63,886 bases of DNA, filler included, from an uncultured Myxococcia bacterium (GCA_964617105.1; 4 parts of 4 records of this genome joined end to end with filler, not necessarily neighbours in it); one strand, 5' to 3'. Shown: positions 18,549 through 28,559, numbered from the whole stretch's first letter. Numbers and translations are program-made. The notes: generated by a model not told the origin, from the sequence alone.

Positions 18549-19875
18549 CCGGTGGGACAAACCAGGGTGCAGTGAGTACAGAAATGCTCGCAGTATCCAT
18601 ATTGAAGGTTTAATATGGGAGTCCAGAGGGCTTCTGCCCCCAACTGAACCCCTGCTGGTTGCAGAGCATTGAGTGGACAGGCGCGTATGCACTGGCCGCA
18701 TCTTATACACCTGGCTAAAAATTCTTTTTCAGGACGAGCGCCAGGCGGGCGGATTAGCAGGGGAGGGCACCGCTCCGGCAGACCTCCCTGAGTGCGCATC
18801 AACGGCACCAGGGAGAGTGAGGTAATTCCTGTTATTATCAATTGCCGTCTGGAAAGATACAGGCGCTTTTCCGGTAGGGTGATAAGAGCCTCTTTCTTTT
18901 CCGGCTTTTGCCCTGAAAACTGTAAAGTAACTGCGTTTTCTTTACAGGAGTAAAGGCAGTTCAAGCACAACATACATTCTGATTGATGCCAACTTTTCAT
19001 ATCTTTTTCATTGGCCCCACCCTGACAGAAGCGGAAACAGCGTGGGCATTTCTGACAACTATCTTTTTTCACCAGGCGGTTCACCAGGCTAAAGCGAGAT
19101 AAAAGTGCTAAAAGTGCCCCGCTGGGGCAGAGGTAGCGGCAGAAAAAGCGTGGCATCAGGGCCGAAGTTATAATCAGGGCCAAAAACAAAATGCCTATAA
19201 TCAGGGCTTCCTGATAGGAGCGCTTCAAAGATTCACCAACCAGGTTCAACAGAGGATAAATTTCCAGCGCCACAGAAGATGATGAACTGGCAGCAGGAGT
19301 GGTGGGAGCCAAAGCCGATAAAATATTGTCAAACAGGGTTTTAAACCCAAAATCGGATAGGAACTTTATTCCCGGAAAGATAGCAAAGCAAAAGGAACGT
19401 AGCAGAATAGAGAAGNNNNNNNNNNNNNNNNNNNNNNCTGCAGGATTCCAACCAGCAAAGAACCGAAAAAAGCGGAAACCAGGAAGAATAGCAGAACCAG
19501 GTATTTCAGGTTAAAACTCCGGCGGTATAGGTTGGATTTGATATCATCCAGGGGAGGGTTAAAACAAAAAAGTCGGTGGCAGATCTGTTGGAAAGTGCCC
19601 AAAGGACAGATCCAGCCGCAAAAGAAACGTCCCAGGAAAATAGTGGGAATTAAAATCAGCAACCCCCAAAGCAGAGTTGAGGGCAAGAAACCATTACCCA
19701 AAAGGTGGGAGAGTCCATTCAGGGGGTCTATTTGAAAAAAAAAGTTAATGGGTACTGGTACCTGGCCGGTAATTTGGGCGTGCTCCCGTTCCCATAATGA
19801 ATCTCCCATAAACAGGAAGAGGATAAACAGAGTCAGGAAAAAGGCCTGGCTGATTCTGCGTAACCATATACCCAA
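18549..19875 (-). CDS. Membrane 4Fe-4S protein (NapH/MauN-like N-terminus plus NapG/MauM-like C-terminus); N gap and 3' truncation
   Basis: GRFFCGWICPLG, RFFCRYLCPSG, CQKCPRC, CMLCLNC, IRPPGA, CIRCGQCIRACP; gap at 19416-19437. Confidence 0.8.
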
Positions 19876-20059
19876 GAGGATCTCCTCAAATTCGATTTTT
19901 CTGTTGCCTGGAAATCAAAGTGATTTTGCAATAATAAACAAACCCGAAGTTAAAAGCAAATAAGATTATGTAAGTTAGCATGATTAAACCAGGATGAACT
20001 AACTCTTTGCCCTTTTTTAGTATTTTTAGGAAGACTTCAGCTTTTCAGTTTCTGGCAAC

Positions 20060-20087
20060 TTGATTTTATGGTTGATAGTGCTATAAT
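20060..20087 (+). promoter_or_regulatory. Sigma70-like promoter for the HEAT-repeat gene
   Basis: TTGATT-N16-TATAAT with extended -10 TGc. Confidence 0.5.
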
Positions 20088-20114
20088 TAACGGGCAAAAA
20101 TGAGTTGACCCTTC

Positions 20115-20145
20115 AGTTTCCCTCCGAGTTTTCGGACAGGACCTA
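20115..20145. repeat. Short inverted-repeat element (family member)
   Basis: AGTTTCCCTCCGAG..TTTTCGGACAGGACCTA matches arms at 31966, 46021, 50980, 55118 and 62017. Confidence 0.6.
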
Positions 20146-20151
20146 TATATT

Positions 20152-20943
20152 ATGAGGACAATACCAATGTCTTTTTTGACTGATTATTTTCAAAATCGCA
20201 AAATTAAAGCCCGGGAGAAAAATGTAGCCAAGTTTCAGAAGAAAGCCTGCAACAAGTACGGGCAGCAGGATGAACGAGTAAGAGCTATCTATTATCTGCG
20301 TGATCTGGGCGGTGAAGATGCAATTTTGGCATTGCTGCAGAGATTTGAGATTATGGTGAGTTCGGGGAGGCGGGACGAAGAGGAGAAAAAATTCATCTAC
20401 GAGAGTTTGTTGGATATGGAAGATGAGGCGGTGGCGCCCATAAAGGAGTTTATCCAAAATGGGATCAGTATCACCTGGCCCCTGAAGGCCTTAGGAGAAC
20501 TGCTGCCAGATGAAGAGTGTCTAGAGTTTGTTTGCCGGGTGCTTTCCGATATGGGTCCCTCATACATCAGGATGCCGGAGAAAAAAATAACCCTAATCAA
20601 TTTTTTGGCTGATTACCAGCATCCCCTGGTGGCAGATACGCTTTTGTCCTTTTTGGAGGATTTTGATCCTGAGGTGGTGATATTAACGGTGCAGGTTTTG
20701 TCCAAAATGAAAGAGGAACGAGCCCGGGCGCCTTTTTTAGAACTGCTTTGCGATGAAGAGGAGGAAAATCCGCGACTAAAAAAAATGATCGCCCAGGAGT
20801 TCAAACAACTCAACTGGAAGGTGCGAGAATACCGGGAAAGGGTGAAAGAAAACCTGCCTCCCGGTTTTAATGTTGACCGGGTAGGTTATATTCGAGGCCA
20901 GGCCAGGCAAGAAATTGCCGACCCTGAATATGATGAAGAATAG
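20152..20943 (+). CDS. HEAT-repeat protein
   Basis: ERVRAIYYL..EDAILALLQRF, LLSFLEDFDPEVV..VQVL repeats; possible start 20167. Confidence 0.7.
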   Translation: MRTIPMSFLTDYFQNRKIKAREKNVAKFQKKACNKYGQQDERVRAIYYLRDLGGEDAILALLQRFEIMVSSGRRDEEEKKFIYESLLDMEDEAVAPIKEFIQNGISITWPLKALGELLPDEECLEFVCRVLSDMGPSYIRMPEKKITLINFLADYQHPLVADTLLSFLEDFDPEVVILTVQVLSKMKEERARAPFLELLCDEEEENPRLKKMIAQEFKQLNWKVREYRERVKENLPPGFNVDRVGYIRGQARQEIADPEYDEE

Positions 20944-20961
20944 TGCCCGCCCAAAAACTAT

Positions 20962-21945
20962 CTAAACCTCTACCTCTTCAATAACCAGGCGCTCCAACTG
21001 GTTATTACCCACTCCCATCTTGGCTGCCAGGGCCAGGTAAGGTAAATCTTCCTGCCTTACTCCCATCAATTTTGCTCCCATGGCATCGGCTGCCACCTGG
21101 TCGGTGGTGGCTATGATCTTATCCAGCCGCATAACATCGCCCAGGTTTCCACCCTGGGGACCGTTTCTTACCAGTACCGTGGTGGCGTCAACCACGGTCA
21201 GGGTTGGCCGGATAAACATGCCCAGCCTGGCAATAGCGCCGTTGATATCCTGATGCAGCCGGCCCCGGCCCTGGCCCAGAAGTCCCCACCAACCTTTCAT
21301 GGTAATGGTCAACCTGGAAGCGCTGTGGTGTTTGAGTTTGGGCAGGGCAATGATTTTATCGGCCTGCAGAAAAGGGCGCAGCACCGGGATTTTTCCATCT
21401 ACCGGACTACCGATAAAAACTTCGGTAAATAGATTCTTATCTGGCATCAACACTTTGGCGCCCGCATTTTTGGCTGCTTCGGCAATGCCGCTGTTCCGGT
21501 AACAGAGGTCAGCCTGGTTGCAGGAGTTGTCCAGCACTGTCACTTCAGCCGCCCCGGCCCTATGGCATATGTCCACCATGGCTGCCACCATTTGGGGGTC
21601 AGTATTGGCGGCCTGAGCCGGGGTGCGGTTCCAACTGATATTGGGTTTTAATATTACTTTCTCACCTTTGGAAACAAACCGGTTTATTCCGCCCAGGTTA
21701 TCAACCGCCTTTTCCAACATAGGAGCGATATTTTTTCCCTTTACCACCACCAGGTCAGTCTGGCCAGGTAAAGGTTTTACCCGAACATCCCGGCTGACAA
21801 CCTTTTCAATCAATTTGCCCGGTGATTTCTTATCTCTATCCTTAGCAAAGTAGATTCCCCCTCCAGCCACCACACTTCCGGCCAGCACCGCTTTGCCAAC
21901 CCGGCTGATAAATTCCCGCCTATCCGATTTGTTTTTTTTCGCCAT
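20962..21945 (-). CDS. DUF362 domain protein with Tat-like signal
   Basis: DRREFISR, VILKPNISW..AANTDP, LPKLKHH, MKGWWG, NGPQGG, DQVAAD. Confidence 0.85.
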   Translation of the reverse strand: MAKKNKSDRREFISRVGKAVLAGSVVAGGGIYFAKDRDKKSPGKLIEKVVSRDVRVKPLPGQTDLVVVKGKNIAPMLEKAVDNLGGINRFVSKGEKVILKPNISWNRTPAQAANTDPQMVAAMVDICHRAGAAEVTVLDNSCNQADLCYRNSGIAEAAKNAGAKVLMPDKNLFTEVFIGSPVDGKIPVLRPFLQADKIIALPKLKHHSASRLTITMKGWWGLLGQGRGRLHQDINGAIARLGMFIRPTLTVVDATTVLVRNGPQGGNLGDVMRLDKIIATTDQVAADAMGAKLMGVRQEDLPYLALAAKMGVGNNQLERLVIEEVEV

Positions 21946-21964
21946 AATGTTCTCGTGTAAGAGG

Positions 21965-22741
21965 CTAGTCGATCATATTTAACACCAGAGAGGAGAGGCT
22001 TTTTTCGCCGGTTTTAGAGTCACCTGGCGGCCGGCCGCAACCGCCGCATTCGGTGCAGGCCTGGTTGAGCCTGGTAAGACCTAGACGGGAGCCCATCTCA
22101 ATTAGACGATTCACTTCCTGGGCGGGAAGAGGCGCTACTTGCCCCATTTGCCGGGCGGTAAAGGTGGCTTTGGCAGTGTGCTCCACTGTTTCCAGCCGGT
22201 TGTAGGCTTGCATCAGGTTTTTACCCACGGTGACTGTTCCGTGCCGTTCCAAAATCAGCGCGTTGTAATGGCGGATTGGCTCTTTCATCACTTCTGGCAC
22301 TTTCTCGGTGGTGGGGGTGGCATAGCCCACAGTTGGTATGCTGCCCAGGGTAAAAACCACTTCTGGCAGCAGACACTGGGCCAGGGAGATCCCGGCCAGA
22401 GAGAAGGCCACTGTCACCGGAGGGTGAGCATGAACAATCGCCATTACATCGGGACGCTCCTTATAAATCATCAAATGCATCCGCAATTCCGAGGAGGGTT
22501 GGCCTTTGCCGCGCAGAGTTTTGCCTTCCATGTTGACCACCACCAGGTCATCTTTTGACATCAGTCCCTTGTTCACGCCGGAAGGAGTGGTTAAAAGCTG
22601 ATTGGGCGAAAGCCTGCTGCTCAAATTCCCGTCAATCGAGGATATATATTCCCTTTGATGCATCAGTTTAGCCAGTTGCACCATCTGGGATCTCAACTCT
22701 GTTTCAGATGAATAACGTATCTTTTTTTCATTTTTTTCCAT
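21965..22741 (-). CDS. Class II aldolase/adducin family protein
   Basis: DGNLS, TPSG..K, PSSELRMH, VHAHPP, LERHG; C-terminal CTECGGC. Confidence 0.9.
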   Translation of the reverse strand: MEKNEKKIRYSSETELRSQMVQLAKLMHQREYISSIDGNLSSRLSPNQLLTTPSGVNKGLMSKDDLVVVNMEGKTLRGKGQPSSELRMHLMIYKERPDVMAIVHAHPPVTVAFSLAGISLAQCLLPEVVFTLGSIPTVGYATPTTEKVPEVMKEPIRHYNALILERHGTVTVGKNLMQAYNRLETVEHTAKATFTARQMGQVAPLPAQEVNRLIEMGSRLGLTRLNQACTECGGCGRPPGDSKTGEKSLSSLVLNMID

Positions 22742-22770
22742 GAATATATTTCCTTGAAATTGGAAAAAGT

Positions 22771-23376
22771 TTAAGGGTTGTTGTTGGCTTTTTCTACTAT
22801 GTAACTGGCAAACTGGTACAACCGGTTGGCCTTAACCGGAGCAAAACTGTCCACACGTATATACAAATTGGTCAAAGTAAAAACCAGTTGGTTGGGACAG
22901 ATATAACTCTCTTGTCCCCAAACACTTTTTGGGCATTTGGCTTTCTCCTGGGCAAAGATCGAGGTTGCTCCCCTGGGAGTGGTCATATCAAAGATGGTCA
23001 CTACCACCGGAGCCACCCTCTGCCGTGAACCGGAGCCGGGAGTCGTCACCTTCGCATTGGTCCCTTTTCCTACAAAGTTGTACTGGGCGGAAACCGCTTT
23101 TTTAAAACCTCTGTCCTTATACAATCCCGCTCCGCCATTGAGCAATTGCTCAATATTTTGTGGTCCGAAGATACCAGCCTCACCCTCCCTGACAAAATTT
23201 TGAGCCATCTTCCGAGCCGGCAGCAAGGTGGCTAGATCCATAGAGATCGCTTTTACAATCGGGGCAATTTTTTGGGACCGGGCTTTTTCATTTTTATCCC
23301 GGTCGCAACGGCAGGATAAATTGGACAATGACAACAGTAAGGTTAAAAACAGTAATAGTGGCGGACATAGTTTCAT
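22771..23376 (-). CDS. Lipoprotein, DUF6599-like
   Basis: Signal with LSC; FGPQNIEQLLNGGAGLY..GF and IFDMTTPRGA motifs; near a DUF362 gene. Confidence 0.55.
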   Translation of the reverse strand: MKLCPPLLLFLTLLLSLSNLSCRCDRDKNEKARSQKIAPIVKAISMDLATLLPARKMAQNFVREGEAGIFGPQNIEQLLNGGAGLYKDRGFKKAVSAQYNFVGKGTNAKVTTPGSGSRQRVAPVVVTIFDMTTPRGATSIFAQEKAKCPKSVWGQESYICPNQLVFTLTNLYIRVDSFAPVKANRLYQFASYIVEKANNNP

Positions 23377-23597
23377 AGGTTTGCCAACTTCAAGTTAAAA
23401 TGAAAGGCACGTCCTTCTGTAGCACCAGAAGGGGGTTTCCTAATGGATATTAGATTATAAACTACCAGGAATTTTGATGTTTTTCCATAAAAAAGAATAA
23501 AATTCTCATCCGTTATATACCCCTGTCCGCATGTCGAAACTTCGGGCGTGTTCTGGTGAAAGTTTTGATGTTTTTTGGTTCGCATAACTAACAAAAC

Positions 23598-23804
23598 ATG
23601 TTAGGTTTAAGTTGGTTTATTTAAAAGACCATCATACCCATTTCGCTATTTCTAGTTTATTTTATTGTAGTGGGATTAACCAGCCTGTTGGTAAAAATAT
23701 TCAATCGCCGGATCCTCAAGCAACAACCATTGGATGAAGATACCTATTGGTTGCCCGCTAAAGGGTACGAAGAAGATATGGATAAAAGTTTGCGGCAGTC
23801 ATAA
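23598..23804 (+). pseudogene. SxtJ-like membrane protein remnant with in-frame stop
   Basis: MLGLSWFI*KTIIPISLFLVYFIVVGLTSLLVKIFNRRIL..DTYW..LRQS; TAA at 23622-23624. Confidence 0.5.
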
Positions 23805-23816
23805 AGGAGGCTAACC

Positions 23817-23903
23817 ATGCGTAAAGTTTGGCATATTCTCAAGGAAAGTATCTACCTGGTCAAACAGCACAAACTATACTTTTTGACCCCCATATTGTTT
23901 TGA
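23817..23903 (+). pseudogene. Truncated DUF5989 (SxtK-like) small protein
   Basis: Perfect AGGAGG RBS; MRKVWHILKESIYLVKQHKLYFLTPILF* stops before the expected TM and PFIY tail. Confidence 0.5.
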
Positions 23904-23969
23904 ACCAGGACGGGCTTAGGGCCCGGTTTTACGGGGCCCGGTTTTACGATTTGGGGAACTAGCGAATTA

Positions 23970-26066
23970 TTAAGGTGTGCTCTTTTTTTCTATCACCTCG
24001 AGATCAACTTTAAAAAACCCGTTTTCCTGGGTTTGACTAATGGTAAGATGTATTTCCGGAGCATTGGGGTCATCTTTAAGAAAGTCATTAATATTGATGG
24101 GAGGAATTGAAGCCATAGCGGTATTGAGCAGGACGCTTTTCAACACTTTCAACTTTTTTTCCATCTCTTCTTCTGTGCCCTCTATCCCCTTGGTTTCCTC
24201 TATCTCTACGAAAACATTTTTGGACTCTAATCCCAAGGCGATCTTTTTCTTATCCACAACGTCCAGGCTCAGGGGCAAATTACCGTGTATGCTTAAGGTC
24301 ACTGGAACTACCTCGGCGCCATCTTTTTCTCCGCCAATACCAATTTCTAGATTGCCTAAGCCAATGGTTCCGGGATATTTTTTGTTGTCCTGAACAACCG
24401 GGTGGTTAAATTGGATAATCACCGGCAGCAAAGGATTAAGATGGATTTCTGCCTTGTCGCCTTCAATTTGCTCGGTAATACCTTTAAAAACCCCAGCAAA
24501 AAGCGCCGGTTTAATCTCATCTGAAATCAGTTTTTGGTCTTCACCCCAGTACTTCCACAATTCAAAAAACAATTGGTGCATCAAATTTTCGCTAACCGCA
24601 GCCTGGTTAAGTTTGTAATCCAAAATTGATGAATTGGCCGGGGGAATAAAATTAAAACGCTGGTTGGTTTCAAACCGGGGCTCTTCATTATCTATTCGAG
24701 CCTGTGCTTCTCCTCTGGTGCGGAATATAACTTCCACAAAATTCAAATGAAAAGTCGTCTTTTGAACCTGGGCGTTGAGAGTTACCTTTTTTCCCAGAAT
24801 ATCCAATTCAGAATTAAACTCTATTTTTCTTTTTTGGGTTTCTTCCAGCGTTTGTTTGATCTTTTTTTCCAGTTCACGTTCCAGCAATTTCTGAACAGTG
24901 TCCTTGGTTTTGTTTAGAGGAAACCAGTTCAGGCTGAGATTTTTGAACTGCACGTATGGTTTATCAGTCAGTACCAGATCAAAATAACCATTGGTTATGC
25001 CGCCTTTTAATTTTAACAAAACATCAATTTGGTCTGATTTTAGAGTTGTATCAAAATTATTAGATTTTAGATCCATCTCCATTTCGGTCATTTGAACAAT
25101 TACGTTGAGTCCGTTTTCTACAAAACCCAAATCAACTTTTAACTCTTTATAGCGAAAATCGGTTATGGTTATTTTTGCGATACCGATATCTAGTTCTTGA
25201 CCAACTAAAGTCTTTTTTAACTCCATCTGATCTGTAAGATCATTGGTGAATTTTTTCAAAAACAGTGTGGCCGATTTTTCGTTAATTTGTCCGAGAACGG
25301 CATTATTAACCCAACCCTCTTCACCGCCAAGTTGTTCCACCAGGTCTCCCTGCATGAAACTTCTGGTTTCAAAAGCCTGGTTGCCGACTTTGTCCAGGGT
25401 TTCCACCGACACAATATTAACCCCATCTTTATCAAAGTATTTTGATTTTACTTTTCCTTTGGTCCTATCTTTGGGGTTTTCAAACTCAATTTTAACTTTA
25501 TCTTTGGAGGAGACAACAACTTCATCGGCCAAATAAAGGTTATCGCTGCAGATCATATTGTATTCAACATCTGGATCGGCGTCATTTTTTTGAAGCACTA
25601 TAGATTTCTTAAAATCAACGAAGTCAGAGTGGGGAGCAGTAAAATCTGCCACAATATTCAATTCCTCCTGGGCTACAGCAGTTTCTCCGTCCAGAAGTTT
25701 GGCAATAAACTTTCTGGGCCCCTCTTTTATGTCATTGACTTCAAGGGCAAATTTTAGGTTCTCATCCAGATCAACCTTTTTGTCATCTATTTGAAAAGTA
25801 AGATCTTCTTTTTGGTCAAAACGGACCTCACCTTCGATGGTCAGGCTGGATTCGTTTATATGGGCATGGTTTTTAGGGTTGGTAAATTGTATAGCCAGAG
25901 GTTTTTCCACCTGGTTATCGTCGGTTTTTCCGCCATTGTTGGCAGCATCGCCATCCTGGGCATCATTAGAGTTAGGGGAGATTTTATCACCACAGGAGAA
26001 CAGGAGCACTAAAGTTAGTAAATTCAGCCAGACTATAATTCTATTTTTCATTACTTGTTTCTCCAT
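23970..26066 (-). CDS. Large lipoprotein with Ig-like domain(s) and a BPI/LBP-like (TULIP) region
   Basis: Lipobox LFSC; Ig-like IQFTNP..DFTAP; AVLGQINEKS and AVSENLMHQLFFELW resemble BPI/LBP motifs. Confidence 0.5.
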   Translation of the reverse strand: MEKQVMKNRIIVWLNLLTLVLLFSCGDKISPNSNDAQDGDAANNGGKTDDNQVEKPLAIQFTNPKNHAHINESSLTIEGEVRFDQKEDLTFQIDDKKVDLDENLKFALEVNDIKEGPRKFIAKLLDGETAVAQEELNIVADFTAPHSDFVDFKKSIVLQKNDADPDVEYNMICSDNLYLADEVVVSSKDKVKIEFENPKDRTKGKVKSKYFDKDGVNIVSVETLDKVGNQAFETRSFMQGDLVEQLGGEEGWVNNAVLGQINEKSATLFLKKFTNDLTDQMELKKTLVGQELDIGIAKITITDFRYKELKVDLGFVENGLNVIVQMTEMEMDLKSNNFDTTLKSDQIDVLLKLKGGITNGYFDLVLTDKPYVQFKNLSLNWFPLNKTKDTVQKLLERELEKKIKQTLEETQKRKIEFNSELDILGKKVTLNAQVQKTTFHLNFVEVIFRTRGEAQARIDNEEPRFETNQRFNFIPPANSSILDYKLNQAAVSENLMHQLFFELWKYWGEDQKLISDEIKPALFAGVFKGITEQIEGDKAEIHLNPLLPVIIQFNHPVVQDNKKYPGTIGLGNLEIGIGGEKDGAEVVPVTLSIHGNLPLSLDVVDKKKIALGLESKNVFVEIEETKGIEGTEEEMEKKLKVLKSVLLNTAMASIPPININDFLKDDPNAPEIHLTISQTQENGFFKVDLEVIEKKSTP

Positions 26067-26136
26067 AATAATATTGTAAAGATTTTTATTTTAACAAAAA
26101 ACAGCCATTATTAAAAGGAAATAGTGCTCAACTCGT

Positions 26137-26730
26137 TCAATCCTCCACGGTGAGGTAGAGTTTTAAGATTTTTAATCGTCCAAGTCCGATACCTTCAATG
26201 TTGTCCAGATCATTGATATCTTCAAATGGTCCATGTTGGTTGCGGTAATCTAAAATATTTTTTTTTACCTTCATAGGCAGGTCAGGAATCATCATCATAT
26301 CGTTCTCATCAATGAGATTAATATCTGCCTTTAGACCGAAGAGAAGAAGCCGGGAGGGATCCATACGCCTTTTTATAAGGATACACCAGCCCTGGCGCTG
26401 GAATACTTCCAGGTGATCTCCGCTCTTTAGGGGGGTGGCGTTTTCCTCTTCTCCTTTGGCTAGTTGGCATCCGGCCAGGCCGCCAGCGCTATGGATGGCG
26501 TCCAGCATCCAGGTTTCACCTTTTTGGCCGCAAACTATTCCCGGTTTATTTACTGCGCCAGAGACTTGCAGGTAGGAGGGGCATCGTTTGTACAACTCTT
26601 TTTGTTTAAATTTATCGTGGTTTTGTTCGGCCAGTTTGCTATAGGTCCAGAACATTACGCAGATGATTATCACAGACGCAAAAGTGAATTTGCTTTTTTC
26701 GATTCCAGGACCCCATTTGTATTTGGGCAT
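26137..26730 (-). CDS. ComEA-like protein (SLBB plus helix-hairpin-helix)
   Basis: TM helix, VSGAVNKPG..DAIHSAGG, DINL, ILDYRNQHGPF..DLDNIEGIG. Confidence 0.8.
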   Translation of the reverse strand: MPKYKWGPGIEKSKFTFASVIIICVMFWTYSKLAEQNHDKFKQKELYKRCPSYLQVSGAVNKPGIVCGQKGETWMLDAIHSAGGLAGCQLAKGEEENATPLKSGDHLEVFQRQGWCILIKRRMDPSRLLLFGLKADINLIDENDMMMIPDLPMKVKKNILDYRNQHGPFEDINDLDNIEGIGLGRLKILKLYLTVED

Positions 26731-26819
26731 TTTGAAAAGGCTCCTGTTTTGATTTTCCTCCGGTTATTCCAGCATTCTACTATCGATTGAGGTTAACCTA
26801 AAGGATTCGAGTAAAACCG

Positions 26820-28559
26820 TCAATTGCTTTTATATATTATTTCTGCCAGGTTGGACTGCTCAAGCAGAGTTTCGATTTTTTTCTCTAGAGATGCCCACAT
26901 TTGGAGAATTTCGGTGGTAAAGAGGGAATTTGTTTTAATCTCAAAGCTTGAACCGTAAGTGTCAAGAGCAGTTATAATATCTTTTATGGTCAATTGAGCC
27001 AGATCCCTGCCAGGTACCAATCTGTTATCGCCTTCCACCTTTAATAGCAGACCTGCTTTTATTAGTGGCTGGATGATAAAGTCGATTGCCGGCCAGGGGA
27101 TCCCCAGGCCCTGGGCTAGAGAGAGGTTATCTTGCCTGGCATTTTCTTTGCCCTCTTTTTCAGCGGCCTTTGTTCCTCCCCGTATATACTCTTGTCCCAC
27201 TATGGCCATGATCACCAGAGCCAACTTGATATGGCTCTCCCGGTTGATATGTGTGGAATCCAAAGTTGGAAAATGTTGGTTTATATTTTGTGCGGCATGA
27301 GAGAACTCCACTCCTAACAGCACTACATACCAACTGAATTGCAAAAAGATCAGGAAAAAGGGGACGGCGGCAAAGGCGCCATAGATAGAGTTGTAGCGCG
27401 ACAATCCTATTTGTCCTTTGAAATATACCAGTTGCAGTAAATAGAACAGGATGCTTGCCACAGCGGCGCCCACCATGGCGGCAGGATATTTGACTTTGCA
27501 GTTGGGCAGGAAAATATATAAGATGAAAAAGGTGATAAACAGGCCCAGCAGGGGCAGAGATGCGCCCAGAGTTGAGATGTAGAGTTTGGCCAGCCCGATT
27601 TGATCTAAAAAATCGAGTAGAGCCTGGTTGCTGAGGATAGCGGTCAGAGTAGTGGAAGCCAGCAGTAAAACGGGCGCCACCACCAGCACGCTGAGATAGT
27701 CGGTAAACTTGCGGACCAGAGAGCGGGAATGCTTTATCTCCCAGATATGGTTAAAGGTCTGCTCAATATTTCCCATAGCTAGAATTACCGTTATCAGCAG
27801 AGCGATAAGACCCACTGCACCTACCACTTTAAAATTGGTGCGGTTGACAAAGTGGAAGATCTGTTGCTTGTAAAAAAAAGCCTGAAAACTGATGTTCCCG
27901 GGCGGTATGGGGGATATCATGTTAAATTTATCCAGGAATTTTGACCGGTTTTTTATCTTTAGTTTTCCTGCTGGTGGGATAAGTTTCAACACCTGTTGGC
28001 GGTATTCTAGTAAGGCTGGATTTGCAGCCGTATCTGCTGGACTGTTTTCCAATTGGGCAGGTTCAATACCAGCATCTGCCTGGCGATTTTCTAATTGGGT
28101 TGGCTCTATAATGGTATTGGAAATATCGGGTCGCCTGGTCAGGCTGTTCAGGTAGAGTTTTAGGCTTTTGCCAAGATCGCCAATATCTTCTTCAGCCTCC
28201 TCTATAGAGGTGGTAAACTGTCCTCTGTTTTTTAAAAAAATCTGAACTTCCTTTCCGCCGGGTAAATTCAATATCTGCTGGTCGATTAACTCCTCCAGGG
28301 CTTTTTCGCCTCCCATCCCTTTGGATAGAGATAGGACAAAGGCCAAAAGGGGAACCAGGGAGATCAGGAAAATCAGAGTTAGGGCCGAGGCTCTGGTGGG
28401 GCAGAGATCCTTGATAAAACCATAAACCGCCAGGTAAATTGTCCTGCCGGTTAGATAAAATATCCGTTGTTTCGTGTTTTTGTCGGTCAAATCGGCGGAG
28501 ATAAGCTTTTGCTGGAAATTATTCCAATAGGTTTTTCCGATCTGCTTAAGTGGTTTCAT
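26820..28559 (-). CDS. YihY/BrkB family membrane protein with large insertion and C-terminal wHTH-like domain
   Basis: RASALT..SLVPLLA, IEQTFNHIW, RKFTDYL, YNSIYGAFAAVP..LLGVE. Confidence 0.85.
   Translation of the reverse strand: MKPLKQIGKTYWNNFQQKLISADLTDKNTKQRIFYLTGRTIYLAVYGFIKDLCPTRASALTLIFLISLVPLLAFVLSLSKGMGGEKALEELIDQQILNLPGGKEVQIFLKNRGQFTTSIEEAEEDIGDLGKSLKLYLNSLTRRPDISNTIIEPTQLENRQADAGIEPAQLENSPADTAANPALLEYRQQVLKLIPPAGKLKIKNRSKFLDKFNMISPIPPGNISFQAFFYKQQIFHFVNRTNFKVVGAVGLIALLITVILAMGNIEQTFNHIWEIKHSRSLVRKFTDYLSVLVVAPVLLLASTTLTAILSNQALLDFLDQIGLAKLYISTLGASLPLLGLFITFFILYIFLPNCKVKYPAAMVGAAVASILFYLLQLVYFKGQIGLSRYNSIYGAFAAVPFFLIFLQFSWYVVLLGVEFSHAAQNINQHFPTLDSTHINRESHIKLALVIMAIVGQEYIRGGTKAAEKEGKENARQDNLSLAQGLGIPWPAIDFIIQPLIKAGLLLKVEGDNRLVPGRDLAQLTIKDIITALDTYGSSFEIKTNSLFTTEILQMWASLEKKIETLLEQSNLAEIIYKSN
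28033..28116. repeat. Imperfect 42-bp in-frame tandem repeat within yihY
   Basis: Encodes IEPTQLENRQAD / IEPAQLENSPAD plus a degenerate third unit. Confidence 0.7.

Noticed and set aside
23901-23950. TGA at 23901 as a selenocysteine codon
   Set aside because: Read-through gives no recognisable protein and there is no SECIS-like hairpin; the downstream sequence is a short duplication.
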